Positions 1-8,505 of a DNA stretch of 64,000 nucleotides are shown piece after piece. Numbering within the stretch: the stretch's first letter is position 1; every line of letters begins with the position of its first letter. Source of the stretch: Oscillospiraceae bacterium (lineage in GTDB: Bacteria; Bacillota; Clostridia; Oscillospirales; Ruminococcaceae); assembly GCA_017483465.1 (NCBI GenBank), contig JAFUWN010000062.1, positions 10,085-74,084 on the forward strand, read 5' to 3'. Position numbers and translations under genes: made by a program. Below the pieces are notes generated by a model. It was not told the DNA's origin. It did no database searches and was given only the letters and a program-made list of their open reading frames with translations.

Positions 1-1
1 G

Positions 2-35
2 GAGAGAGGCAGGGCTTCTCTCTGCTTTTTATTTT
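2..35 (+). terminator. Rho-independent terminator of a gene ending upstream of the window
   Basis: Hairpin GAGAGAGGC-agg-GCTTCTCTC (9 bp including one G-U pair) followed by TGCTTTTTATTTT. Confidence 0.6.
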
Positions 36-135
36 CGCACGAAAGGAGGCGGCCGCTCTGGTTGAAATTACTGGTGTCATCACAGGCTCTCCGGCTGATC
101 GGGCAGGAATCAGAACAGGAGAATTCCTGATTTCT

Positions 136-1359
136 ATGAATCAGCATAACATCCGTGATGTGCTGGATTATATGTATTATGCCGCTGAAACAAAAGTTCA
201 GCTGATCATCCGGAATCCGGACGGAGACCGGGAAATTAAAATCCGGAAAGATGAATATGATGATCTTGGGCTGGAGTTCGCAAGCTTCCTCATGGATCAG
301 AAACAAAGCTGTCAGAATAAATGCGTGTTCTGCTTTATTGATCAAATGCCTCCCGGAATGCGGGAAACGCTCTATTTTAAAGACGATGATGCAAGACTTT
401 CGTTTTTACAGGGAAATTATGTCACACTTACCAATATGACACAGGAGGATGTTGACAGAATCATCCAGATGAAATTGAATATCAATGTTTCTGTACATAC
501 GACCAATCCGGAACTCCGGTGTAAAATGATGCATAACCGCTTTGCCGGTCAGAAGCTTGACTTCTTATGGCAGATGGCAAAAGCCGGTATTCAGCTCAAT
601 TGTCAGATTGTGTTATGTCCCGGACTCAATGACGGGGCAGAACTTGAACGTACTCTTCAGGATTTGGGAAAAATGCTCCCGAATCTGACCAGTGTCGCTG
701 TCGTTCCGGTCGGATTGTCCAAATATCGGAAAAATCTCTATCCGCTCACGGGCTTCACCAAACAGACCGCAGGCGAGGCAATTGATTTAATCCAGAGCTA
801 TCAGGAGAAATTTTTAGAACAATTCGGCACAAGAGCTGTTTTCCCCTCGGATGAATTTTTCCTGATCGCTGAACGGGAGATTCCCGATGCGGAGTATTAT
901 GAAGAATATCCGCAGTATGAAAACGGTGTCGGAATGCTCCGTTCTCTTGCGGATGAATTCCATCAGGCTATGGAAATCGCTGATTGTGACAATCTGCCCC
1001 GAACCGTTTCCATCGCTACCGGAAGAAGCCCTTATGAATTTATCTGTCAGCTCGCCAGAGAAGCAGAAGAAAAATTTCTCGGTCTGACTTGTCATGTATA
1101 TTGTATCAGAAATGACTTTTTCGGTGAAACTATTACTGTTACGGGTCTGATTACCGCTCAGGATTTAATTGCTCAGCTCAAAGATCAGCCCTTAGGCGAT
1201 AAATTATTATTATCCAGCAGTATGATTCGACGGAATGATGATGTATTCCTGGATGATCTGCATATCTCTGATGTCGAAAATGCCCTGAATATTGAAATTC
1301 AGATTACCAACAGCGACGGTTTTGAGCTTCTGGATGCCATGCTCGGCAATGCATACTAA
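136..1359 (+). CDS. Radical SAM / DUF512-family protein with N-terminal PDZ-like region
   Basis: 407-aa ORF with a CX3CX2C motif (SCQNKCVFC). It sits directly upstream of der, as DUF512 genes do in Clostridia. In-frame PDZ-like residues (VEITGVITGSPADRAGIRTGEFLIS) continue upstream of ATG136 to a CTG at 58 behind AGGAGG (44-49), so the true start is probably earlier. Confidence 0.85.
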   Translation: MNQHNIRDVLDYMYYAAETKVQLIIRNPDGDREIKIRKDEYDDLGLEFASFLMDQKQSCQNKCVFCFIDQMPPGMRETLYFKDDDARLSFLQGNYVTLTNMTQEDVDRIIQMKLNINVSVHTTNPELRCKMMHNRFAGQKLDFLWQMAKAGIQLNCQIVLCPGLNDGAELERTLQDLGKMLPNLTSVAVVPVGLSKYRKNLYPLTGFTKQTAGEAIDLIQSYQEKFLEQFGTRAVFPSDEFFLIAEREIPDAEYYEEYPQYENGVGMLRSLADEFHQAMEIADCDNLPRTVSIATGRSPYEFICQLAREAEEKFLGLTCHVYCIRNDFFGETITVTGLITAQDLIAQLKDQPLGDKLLLSSSMIRRNDDVFLDDLHISDVENALNIEIQITNSDGFELLDAMLGNAY

Positions 1360-1377
1360 TCAGAAAGAAGGCTTTCT

Positions 1378-1725
1378 ATGTGGGGAATCTGCTTTTACAG
1401 CAAAGTCATCCGTGAAAATAAATTATGCGGTAAAGTAGTCGCATTCGATCTGGATGCAGATAAAAAAACAGCAATTCTTTCTCAGCCGGAAGATGTCAGA
1501 AATTTGAAAATTCCCGTCATGGAATTAAAAATATTATCCGAACCGCCGGAATTTATTTACAGTGAACAAGTCCGGATTCTCCGTCATCCGGAGCATGTCG
1601 GAAAAATTACGGATATTTTCTGGCATTTTAAATATCACTGCTGTTATTACTATATTTCAGTGGACGGAATACAGTATCATACAAGATTTTTTGCAAAAGA
1701 ACTAACGAAATTAAGGAGGAGATAA
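1378..1725 (+). CDS. Hypothetical protein (115 aa), no recognisable family
   Basis: ORF with GAAAGAAGG 6 nt upstream of the ATG. Its stop lies 1 nt before the der ATG, and the der RBS AAGGAGGAG lies in its 3' end. Cys/Tyr/His-rich C-terminal half. Confidence 0.4.
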   Translation: MWGICFYSKVIRENKLCGKVVAFDLDADKKTAILSQPEDVRNLKIPVMELKILSEPPEFIYSEQVRILRHPEHVGKITDIFWHFKYHCCYYYISVDGIQYHTRFFAKELTKLRRR

Positions 1726-1726
1726 C

Positions 1727-3055
1727 ATGCCATTACCAGTTGTTGCCGTTGTCGGCAGACCTAATGTCGGAAAATCAACGCTATTTAATAAATTAATCGG
1801 TCAGAGATTATCTATCGTGGAAGATACCCCCGGTGTCACCCGTGACAGAATCTATTCCAAATGCGAATGGAGAGACAAAAAATTCATGGTCGTTGATACC
1901 GGCGGTATCGAACCCAAAGAAGATGATAAAATGCTCACCCTCATGAGACAGCAGGCCGAACTTGCGATCTCTCATGCGGATGTCATTGTATTCGTCACAG
2001 ATGTCAGAAGCGGTGTCACTGCCAATGACTACGCTGTTGCGGATATGCTCCAGAAATCCGGCAAGCCTGTCGTCTTAGCTGTCAATAAATGCGATACTCT
2101 CGGAGAAATTCCCATGGATGTCTATGAATTCTATAATCTGGGTATCGGTGAACCGTTCCCGATTTCGTCCGTTCATGGTCACGGAACAGGCGATATGCTG
2201 GATGAGATCATCAGCTATTTTCCGGATTCTGATACGGATGACTATGAAGAATCTGATATCCGTGTCGCCGTCATCGGCAAGCCGAATGCAGGCAAATCCT
2301 CTCTGATTAACAGAATCGCCGGTGAAGAGCGTGTCATCGTTTCTGACATCGCCGGAACAACCCGTGATGCAACTGATACCATCATCGAACGGGGAGAAGA
2401 CCGCTATATCTTTATTGATACTGCCGGAATCCGGAGAAAATCTAAAATCACCGAAAAAATTGAACATTTCAGCGTTCTGAGAGCGTACATGGCTGTTGAC
2501 CGTGCAGATGTCTGTGTGATTATGATCGATGCCACTGCCGGTTTCACCGAACAGGATTCCAAAGTTGCCGGATACGCTCACGAACAGGGCAAAGCCTGCA
2601 TTGTTGCCGTCAATAAATGGGATGCCGTCGAGAAAACTGACAAGACTATGAACGAATTCAGAACAAAACTTGAAAATGATTTCAGCTTTATGTCTTACGT
2701 TCCGTTTATTTTTATTTCAGCAAAAACCGGTCAGCGTGTCGAAAAATTATTTGAATTAATCAAGCATGTCTATCAGCAGAATACCATGCGAATCAGCACC
2801 GGTATGCTCAATGATGTCTTGGCTTATGCTGTCGCCAGAGTCCAGCCGCCGTCTGATAAGGGGCGGAGATTGAAAATCTACTATATGACACAGGCTTCGA
2901 CTCAGCCGCCGACTTTTGTACTTTTCGTCAACAGAGCAGATTTATTCCATTTCTCTTATCAGAGATATATTGAAAATCAGATTCGCTCTACATTCGGCAT
3001 GGAGGGCACTCCCGTCCGGATGATTGTCCGTGAACGCAACCGTAATGACGCATAA
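1727..3055 (+). CDS. der: Ribosome-associated GTPase Der (EngA)
   Basis: Two tandem GTPase domains (GRPNVGKS..DTGG..NKCD and GKPNAGKS..DTAG..NKWD) plus a KH-like C-terminus; 442 aa. Confidence 0.97.
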   Translation: MPLPVVAVVGRPNVGKSTLFNKLIGQRLSIVEDTPGVTRDRIYSKCEWRDKKFMVVDTGGIEPKEDDKMLTLMRQQAELAISHADVIVFVTDVRSGVTANDYAVADMLQKSGKPVVLAVNKCDTLGEIPMDVYEFYNLGIGEPFPISSVHGHGTGDMLDEIISYFPDSDTDDYEESDIRVAVIGKPNAGKSSLINRIAGEERVIVSDIAGTTRDATDTIIERGEDRYIFIDTAGIRRKSKITEKIEHFSVLRAYMAVDRADVCVIMIDATAGFTEQDSKVAGYAHEQGKACIVAVNKWDAVEKTDKTMNEFRTKLENDFSFMSYVPFIFISAKTGQRVEKLFELIKHVYQQNTMRISTGMLNDVLAYAVARVQPPSDKGRRLKIYYMTQASTQPPTFVLFVNRADLFHFSYQRYIENQIRSTFGMEGTPVRMIVRERNRNDA

Positions 3056-3070
3056 CTGGAGGAACATAGC

Positions 3071-3748
3071 ATGATGATTCTATCCTGTCTGATTTCGGCT
3101 TTGCTGGGCTATTTGTTCGGCAGTATCAATTCAGCAATCCTGACAGTAAAATTATTAAAGCATGAGGATATCCGCAATTTCGGCAGCGGAAATGCCGGGC
3201 TGACCAATACACTCCGCTGCTTCGGAAAAGGCTGTGCTCTGATTACCCTGATCGGCGATCTGTCAAAAGGCATGATTGCAGTATTATTAGGCCAGTATTT
3301 CGGAAAAATGCTCTCCGGAGAGAATGCAGATCTGTATCTGCTCGGATGTGTTGCCGGAATTTTTGCGATTTTAGGCCATGTATTCCCATTATACCATGGA
3401 TTCAAAGGCGGTAAGGGCGTACTGGTCGGCGTGTCGATTTTTTTAATCCTCGACTGGAGAGTATTTTTAATCTTAATCGGTATTTTTTCTCTTGTGCTGC
3501 TCTGTTCCAAATATGTCAGCTTATCGTCTATTATCGCAACAATCTGCTGTCCGTTCGTGACGTTTGCCGCACAGTATTTCTGGAATGATATTCATCATCA
3601 GGAATTTACCGTCAGTCAGATTCTTGTGCATTTCGCTCTGCTGTGCGTGATGGCTTTCATGATCGTCTATATGCACCGCTCCAATATTCAGAGACTCAGA
3701 AACGGAACAGAAAGCAAAATCGGTCAGAAAGGAAAGAAAATTCAGTAA
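3071..3748 (+). CDS. plsY: Glycerol-3-phosphate acyltransferase PlsY
   Basis: Polytopic membrane protein with GSINSA, GSGNAGLTN and HVFPLYHGFKGGKGV motifs; GGAGG RBS; conserved der-plsY-gpsA order. Confidence 0.93.
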   Translation: MMILSCLISALLGYLFGSINSAILTVKLLKHEDIRNFGSGNAGLTNTLRCFGKGCALITLIGDLSKGMIAVLLGQYFGKMLSGENADLYLLGCVAGIFAILGHVFPLYHGFKGGKGVLVGVSIFLILDWRVFLILIGIFSLVLLCSKYVSLSSIIATICCPFVTFAAQYFWNDIHHQEFTVSQILVHFALLCVMAFMIVYMHRSNIQRLRNGTESKIGQKGKKIQ

Positions 3749-3849
3749 ATGATTTTTTGTAACATTCCGGAATCATCCGGCACTAACTGATAAATCAGCA
3801 CGAAAATCAAGTTTTATAAAAATCTTATTCTCTGAAAGGAGCGTTTATT

Positions 3850-4881
3850 ATGGCAGAAATTACAGTATTAGGCTCGGGAGCATTCGGACTCGCTCTGGCC
3901 GTGATGTGCCGGAACTGCGGCCATGATGTCACAGTCTGGTCAAAATTTGAATCCGAAATTGACGAAATCAAAACGACAGGAGAACTCTCCGGAAAACTTC
4001 CCGGTGTGAAGATTCCTTCGGATATTCTGCTGACAACAGACATTTCCTGTGTGTCCGGAAAAGAAGCCGTTCTGATCGGCATTCCGACTTCGTTTTTAAG
4101 AGGCGTTGTACAGGAGGCCGCTCCGTACCTGACGGAAAATTCTGTAATCGTCAATACGTCCAAAGGCCTCGAAGCCGGAAGCTATAAACGCATGAGTCAG
4201 GTCATCCATGAAGAAGCTCCTAAAAATCCGGTTGTTGTTCTCACGGGGCCTTCTCATGCCGAAGAATTATCCAGAGGCATTCCCACTACGGTCACTGTCG
4301 CCAGCGAAGATGTCAAGTATGCAGAGTATATTCAGGATTTGTTTACCTGCGGTACACTCAGATTATATGTCAATATTGATGTCATCGGCTGTGAACTCGG
4401 CGGCTCTATGAAAAATATTATTGCCTTAGCTGCCGGTATCAGCGACGGCTTAGGGTTCGGAGATAATACCAAAGCCGCTCTCATGACAAGAGGCATTCAC
4501 GAAATTACCTGCCTGGGACTCGAATGCGGTGCGGAACTCGATACGTTCTCCGGTCTGAGCGGTCTGGGCGATCTGATCGTTACTTGTACCAGTATGCACA
4601 GCAGAAACCGCCGTGCCGGTATTCTGATCGGTCAGGGCGTTTCTCCCGAAGAAGCCGTAAAGCAGGTCGGTACGGTCGAGGGGTATTACTGCTGTGAAGC
4701 CGCTTACGGACTCGCTAAGAAATTAGGCGTTCCCATGCCTATCAATGAAGAGTTATATCATCTGTTATATGAAAACGGCGATGTCCGGGAATCTATGAAA
4801 AAACTTATGGGCAGACCGAATCGCCATGAATGCGAACATTATATGACTGCCGAACAGCTCGCCAAACTCGGACAAGTATAA
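3850..4881 (+). CDS. gpsA: NAD(P)H-dependent glycerol-3-phosphate dehydrogenase
   Basis: N-terminal Rossmann motif VLGSGAFG, plus GPSHAEE and KNIIALAAGISDG motifs; 343 aa; AAAGGAG RBS. Confidence 0.95.
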   Translation: MAEITVLGSGAFGLALAVMCRNCGHDVTVWSKFESEIDEIKTTGELSGKLPGVKIPSDILLTTDISCVSGKEAVLIGIPTSFLRGVVQEAAPYLTENSVIVNTSKGLEAGSYKRMSQVIHEEAPKNPVVVLTGPSHAEELSRGIPTTVTVASEDVKYAEYIQDLFTCGTLRLYVNIDVIGCELGGSMKNIIALAAGISDGLGFGDNTKAALMTRGIHEITCLGLECGAELDTFSGLSGLGDLIVTCTSMHSRNRRAGILIGQGVSPEEAVKQVGTVEGYYCCEAAYGLAKKLGVPMPINEELYHLLYENGDVRESMKKLMGRPNRHECEHYMTAEQLAKLGQV

Positions 4882-4892
4882 GGGGATTTGTT

Positions 4893-6491
4893 ATGAATCT
4901 ATTCTCACAGATAGAAAATTTTATTCCTGAAACCGATCAGGAAGCAGCTGCCAGACAAGAATTATTAGAATTAATTCATCAATATGATCATAAAATATTA
5001 TCAAGAGACTGCGAAGCCGGACATATTACATGTTCCGGCTTGGTGCTTTCTCCGGATCTGAAAAAAACACTGATGGCCTATCATCTGATTTATCAGTCTG
5101 TCGGATGGCTCGGCGGTCATGCCGACGGTGAAGAAGATTTATCCGCTGTCGCTTTCCGGGAAGTGCAGGAAGAAACTTCCGTATCAAAATTGTATTTCCT
5201 GACCAGAAAAATTTTATCAATTGATATTCTCCCTGTTCCGGCTCACAGTAAACACGGAAAACCTGTTCCGGAACATCTGCATTATAATATCACATATGGG
5301 CTGATTGCTCCTGAAACTCAGGAAATCGCTGATAAACCCGATGAAAATAAAAATGTCCGCTGGATTACACTTGCCGAAATTCCGGAACTCTGCACAGAAC
5401 CGCATATGATTCCTGTCTATCAGAAAATTATTGCAAGAATGCAGAATATCGCCCGGCAGAAAAAATTGATTCCCGGACTCATCAAACAGCCGATTCTGGA
5501 CTGGTATCCGGAACATCACAGAGATCTGCCATGGAGAAAAGATCAGAATCCCTATCATGTATGGGTATCGGAAATCATGCTCCAGCAGACCCGTGTTGAA
5601 GCCGTTAAAAATTATTATCAGCGATTTCTGAAAGCTTTGCCGGATATCAAAGCCCTTGCAGACTGTCCGGAAGAGAAATTATTAAAACTCTGGGAAGGAC
5701 TGGGATATTATAACCGTGTCCGCAATATGCAGAAAGCCGCTCGGACCATCATGCAGGACTGTCAGGGGATTTTTCCGAAAACTTATGACGAAATCCGGAA
5801 CCTCTCCGGAATCGGTGATTATACCGCCGGAGCTGTCAGCTCAATCTGTTTTAATCTGCCCGTGCCTGCCGTGGATGGCAATGTTCTCAGAGTTTTCGCA
5901 CGGCTCGAAGAGGATTCCCGGAATATTTTAGATCAGCATGTCAAGCAGGATTTTACAGATCAGCTGGCAGAAATTTATGATTATGCCAATGCCGGAATGC
6001 TGACACAAGCATTTATGGAACTCGGTGCGACAGTCTGTATTCCTAACGGAATGCCGAAATGTGAAATCTGTCCGTTACAGAAATTCTGTATGGCATATCA
6101 GAACCAAAGTCAGAATCTGCTTCCGGTCAGAGAGAAAAAACAAAAACGCAGAACGGAATATAAAACTATATTCGTTCTGCAATATGAAAATAAAATTGCT
6201 GTCCGGAAACGGCCTCCGGAGGGTCTGCTTGCCGGTCTGTGGGAACTGCCGAATACGGAAACTTTCCTTTCTCCGGAAGAAGCTGTTCAGCAGGCACAGG
6301 ACTGGAATACCCATCCGCAGGAATTAATTAAAATTATTAATAAAAAACATATCTTTACGCATATCACATGGGAAATGCAGGGAATCTTCCTGAAATGCAG
6401 AACACAAAGCCCTGCTTTCGTCTGGGCAGATTCCAAAGAACTGGAAACGCTCTACTCTCTGCCGACTGCTTTCAGGTGTCTGCTGAATTAG
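4893..6491 (+). CDS. mutY: Fusion protein: N-terminal Nudix hydrolase domain + adenine DNA glycosylase MutY
   Basis: Start taken at ATG 4893 (AAGGGG RBS); the track ORF from 4830 overlaps gpsA. Nudix box: GHADGEEDLSAVAFREVQEETSV. MutY HhH-GPD region: WVSEIMLQQTRVEAV, LGYYNRVRN. 4Fe-4S loop: CIPNGMPKCEICPLQKFC. C-terminal MutT-like domain: GLLAGLWELP..HIFTHITW. Confidence 0.9.
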   Translation: MNLFSQIENFIPETDQEAAARQELLELIHQYDHKILSRDCEAGHITCSGLVLSPDLKKTLMAYHLIYQSVGWLGGHADGEEDLSAVAFREVQEETSVSKLYFLTRKILSIDILPVPAHSKHGKPVPEHLHYNITYGLIAPETQEIADKPDENKNVRWITLAEIPELCTEPHMIPVYQKIIARMQNIARQKKLIPGLIKQPILDWYPEHHRDLPWRKDQNPYHVWVSEIMLQQTRVEAVKNYYQRFLKALPDIKALADCPEEKLLKLWEGLGYYNRVRNMQKAARTIMQDCQGIFPKTYDEIRNLSGIGDYTAGAVSSICFNLPVPAVDGNVLRVFARLEEDSRNILDQHVKQDFTDQLAEIYDYANAGMLTQAFMELGATVCIPNGMPKCEICPLQKFCMAYQNQSQNLLPVREKKQKRRTEYKTIFVLQYENKIAVRKRPPEGLLAGLWELPNTETFLSPEEAVQQAQDWNTHPQELIKIINKKHIFTHITWEMQGIFLKCRTQSPAFVWADSKELETLYSLPTAFRCLLN

Positions 6492-7154
6492 CTATTTTAA
6501 TAATTCCTGTCTCAGAAATAATAATAATTTCTTTTCTCTGCGTGATACCTGCACTTGTGTCATACCAAGCTTTTCAGCTGTTTTCACCTGTGTCAGATTT
6601 TTATAATATCTTAATTCCAGTAATAATCTGTCTTTCGGTTCCAGCAGAGCCATCACCTGACGAAGTGCAATTCTGTCGCTGATCTGTTCGTCAGGCGATT
6701 CGACTGCAATATTTGTCTGTCCTTCGTCATCATCCGGAGCGGTCAGCGAGATTGTCGGACTGACCGCACATAATGCCATGGAAACTTCTTCGGGTGTGGA
6801 ATCCGTTTTCTGAGCCAGTACACTTAGAGGCGGTTCACAGCCGGTTTCTTTCAGAGCTTCTTCACGGATTTTCTGAATCTTCATTGCCAGTTCCCGCAGA
6901 CCTCTGGAAACATGCACCGTTCCGGATTCCCGGAACACTCTCTTGATTTCGCCTAAAATCACCGGTACTGCATAAGTCGAGAACTGTACGCCTCTTTCTG
7001 TATCAAATGCATTTGCTGCCTTGACAAGCCCTTCACAGCCGGCAGAGTATAACTCTTCATAAGCAATGCCACGATTCCGGAAACGGTTTGCACATAAATG
7101 CACCAGTCCGAGATGTTCTTCCGGACGGGGGCGGTCAGCTTTCCTGTTCTTCAT
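6492..7154 (-). CDS. sigF: Sporulation sigma factor SigF
   Basis: Third gene of the spoIIAA-spoIIAB-sigF arrangement. Sigma-70 regions 2-4 present (GLVKAANAFD, FSTYAVPVILGEIKR, TQVKTAEKLGMTQVQVSRREKK). Start chosen at the ATG overlapping the spoIIAB end; the track ORF extends to 7256. Confidence 0.9.
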   Translation of the reverse strand: MKNRKADRPRPEEHLGLVHLCANRFRNRGIAYEELYSAGCEGLVKAANAFDTERGVQFSTYAVPVILGEIKRVFRESGTVHVSRGLRELAMKIQKIREEALKETGCEPPLSVLAQKTDSTPEEVSMALCAVSPTISLTAPDDDEGQTNIAVESPDEQISDRIALRQVMALLEPKDRLLLELRYYKNLTQVKTAEKLGMTQVQVSRREKKLLLFLRQELLK

Positions 7155-7584
7155 GAATCTGTCCGAGCTTTCGCCGCATAGTAAGAACCGTTCCGTTTCC
7201 GGCAGAGCTTCTGACTGCAAGAGAATCTGTAAACTCCTGCATGATTGCAAAGCCAAGTCCGGCCCGTTCTTCTTCCGGGGCAGTCGTATACAGAGGGGTC
7301 ATGGCCTGCTCTACATCCGGAATGCCGCAGCCCTTGTCGCTTACCCGTATGTAGAGCACTCTGTCAGGAAGCATTCGCAGGCAGACGGCAACATCTCCGG
7401 AACTGTTCCGGTAACCGTGTACAATCGCATTGGTGACGGCTTCTGAAATTACGGTTCTTAAATCAGCAAGTTCCTGTGCTGTGGGGTCGGCCGGAATCAG
7501 AAACGCCGACAAAGCGGCTCTGGCAAGACTTTCGTTTGTGGATACTGCCGGAAACACACAGCGGAATTCATTCAGCATTTTCAT
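7135..7584 (-). CDS. spoIIAB: Anti-sigma F factor SpoIIAB (serine protein kinase)
   Basis: 149 aa with the HATPase_c-type N box EAVTNAIVHGY and G boxes DKGCGI and GLGFAIM; 4-nt overlap with spoIIAA. Confidence 0.93.
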   Translation of the reverse strand: MKMLNEFRCVFPAVSTNESLARAALSAFLIPADPTAQELADLRTVISEAVTNAIVHGYRNSSGDVAVCLRMLPDRVLYIRVSDKGCGIPDVEQAMTPLYTTAPEEERAGLGFAIMQEFTDSLAVRSSAGNGTVLTMRRKLGQIHEEQES

Positions 7585-7901
7585 GCACTCACCCCCTCGG
7601 AAATTTTAGCAAGGCGTTCCATGCCTGCCAGACGAAGCACACGGCCGATATAGGCAGAGGGATTCTGAATCTGAATTTCTCCGCCCATTGGCTGGATAAT
7701 TTTATATCTGCCCATAATCAGACCAATACCGGAACTGTCCATAAATGTGACATCCCGGAAGTCCAGAATCAGGACGGACGGCATATGAGCATAAAGAGCC
7801 GTATCAATTTCATTCCGGAGCAGGGCACTCCTGTGATGATCAATTTCCCCGTCAAGCAGAATCAGCAATTCACGCTTGCTGGTATCATAATGCATTTTCA
7901 T
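7581..7901 (-). CDS. spoIIAA: Anti-sigma F factor antagonist SpoIIAA (STAS domain)
   Basis: STAS protein with the phosphorylatable-Ser motif FMDSSGIGLI. Start at ATG 7901 behind GAAAGGA; the track start at 7967 adds 22 implausible residues. Confidence 0.9.
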   Translation of the reverse strand: MKMHYDTSKRELLILLDGEIDHHRSALLRNEIDTALYAHMPSVLILDFRDVTFMDSSGIGLIMGRYKIIQPMGGEIQIQNPSAYIGRVLRLAGMERLAKISEGVSA

Positions 7902-8019
7902 TGTAACACAATCCTTTCTTGTTCTGTATATGTTTACAGATTGATTATAACATATTTCTGCTGTCACATTTTGTCAGAAACAGGAAAGAATTTCCAAAAT
8001 ACTGATTTTATTTCCGAAG

Positions 8020-8055
8020 AAAAAATAAAAAAATTCCGGTATTTTCATACCGGAA
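8020..8055 (-). terminator. Terminator downstream of tRNA-Thr
   Basis: On the minus strand, hairpin TTCCGGTA-tgaaaa-TACCGGAA followed by TTTTTTTATTTTTT. Confidence 0.7.
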
Positions 8056-8059
8056 CTGT

Positions 8060-8135
8060 TGGAGCTGATGACCGGATTTGAACCGGTGACCTACGCCTTA
8101 CCAAGGCGTTGCGCTACCACCTGTGCCACATCAGC
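8060..8135 (-). tRNA. tRNA-Thr (anticodon GGT), CCA encoded
   Basis: Reverse complement GCTGATGTGGCACAGGTGGTAGCGCAACGCCTTGGTAAGGCGTAGGTCACCGGTTCAAATCCGGTCATCAGCTCCA folds as a cloverleaf: 7-bp acceptor stem, anticodon stem ACGCC/GGCGT with loop TTGGTAA, T-loop GGTTCAAATCC. Confidence 0.93.
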
Positions 8136-8150
8136 CTCACAACAATAATT

Positions 8151-8179
8151 ATTATAGCATATTTCAAAGCGTTTGTCAA
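8151..8179 (-). promoter_or_regulatory. Sigma-A promoter of tRNA-Thr
   Basis: Minus strand TTGACA-17 nt-TATAAT (12/12 consensus, TGC extension), about 15 nt upstream of the tRNA 5' end. Confidence 0.7.
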
Positions 8180-8189
8180 TAGTTTTTTC

Positions 8190-8236
8190 AAAAAAAAATT
8201 AAAAATTTCCGGACAGAAATTTATGTTCTGTCCGGA
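8190..8236 (-). terminator. Terminator of the 74-aa gene
   Basis: Hairpin TCCGGACAGAA/TTCTGTCCGGA (11 bp), followed on the minus strand by a T-rich run. Confidence 0.7.
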
Positions 8237-8241
8237 GCTTT

Positions 8242-8466
8242 TTATTTCATCAGTTCTTTTAATTTATCCATCAGTTCCAGATCTTCCGGAGCAATCCGGA
8301 TATTGGTCACGGCTTTCCGGCCGTCAGCAGAAGTAACGCTGATTTCGAGCAGACTGCCTTCATCAAGATTCTGTCCGGCATAGCCGAAAAACTGAATAAA
8401 TTTCGGATGACGTTCCTGAAAGCCTTCCAGTAAAGGCTTGATATGCATTAAAGCAAGCGGATTCAT
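8242..8466 (-). CDS. Small hypothetical protein (74 aa)
   Basis: ORF with its own promoter, an RBS (GAGG) and a terminator; no family recognised. Confidence 0.6.
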   Translation of the reverse strand: MNPLALMHIKPLLEGFQERHPKFIQFFGYAGQNLDEGSLLEISVTSADGRKAVTNIRIAPEDLELMDKLKELMK

Positions 8467-8505
8467 AAAAATAATACCTCATTTCTGATTTTTTGTACTG
8501 CATTT

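Noticed and set aside
4830-4892. N-terminal 21-aa extension of the Nudix-MutY ORF (track start 4830)
   Set aside because: The extension overlaps the gpsA 3' end and has no RBS. ATG 4893 follows AAGGGG directly after the gpsA stop.
7476-8081. 201-aa plus-strand ORF across spoIIAB, spoIIAA and the tRNA-Thr terminator
   Set aside because: It is antisense to the spoIIA operon and overlaps the tRNA terminator and the tRNA 3' end. No coding signals.
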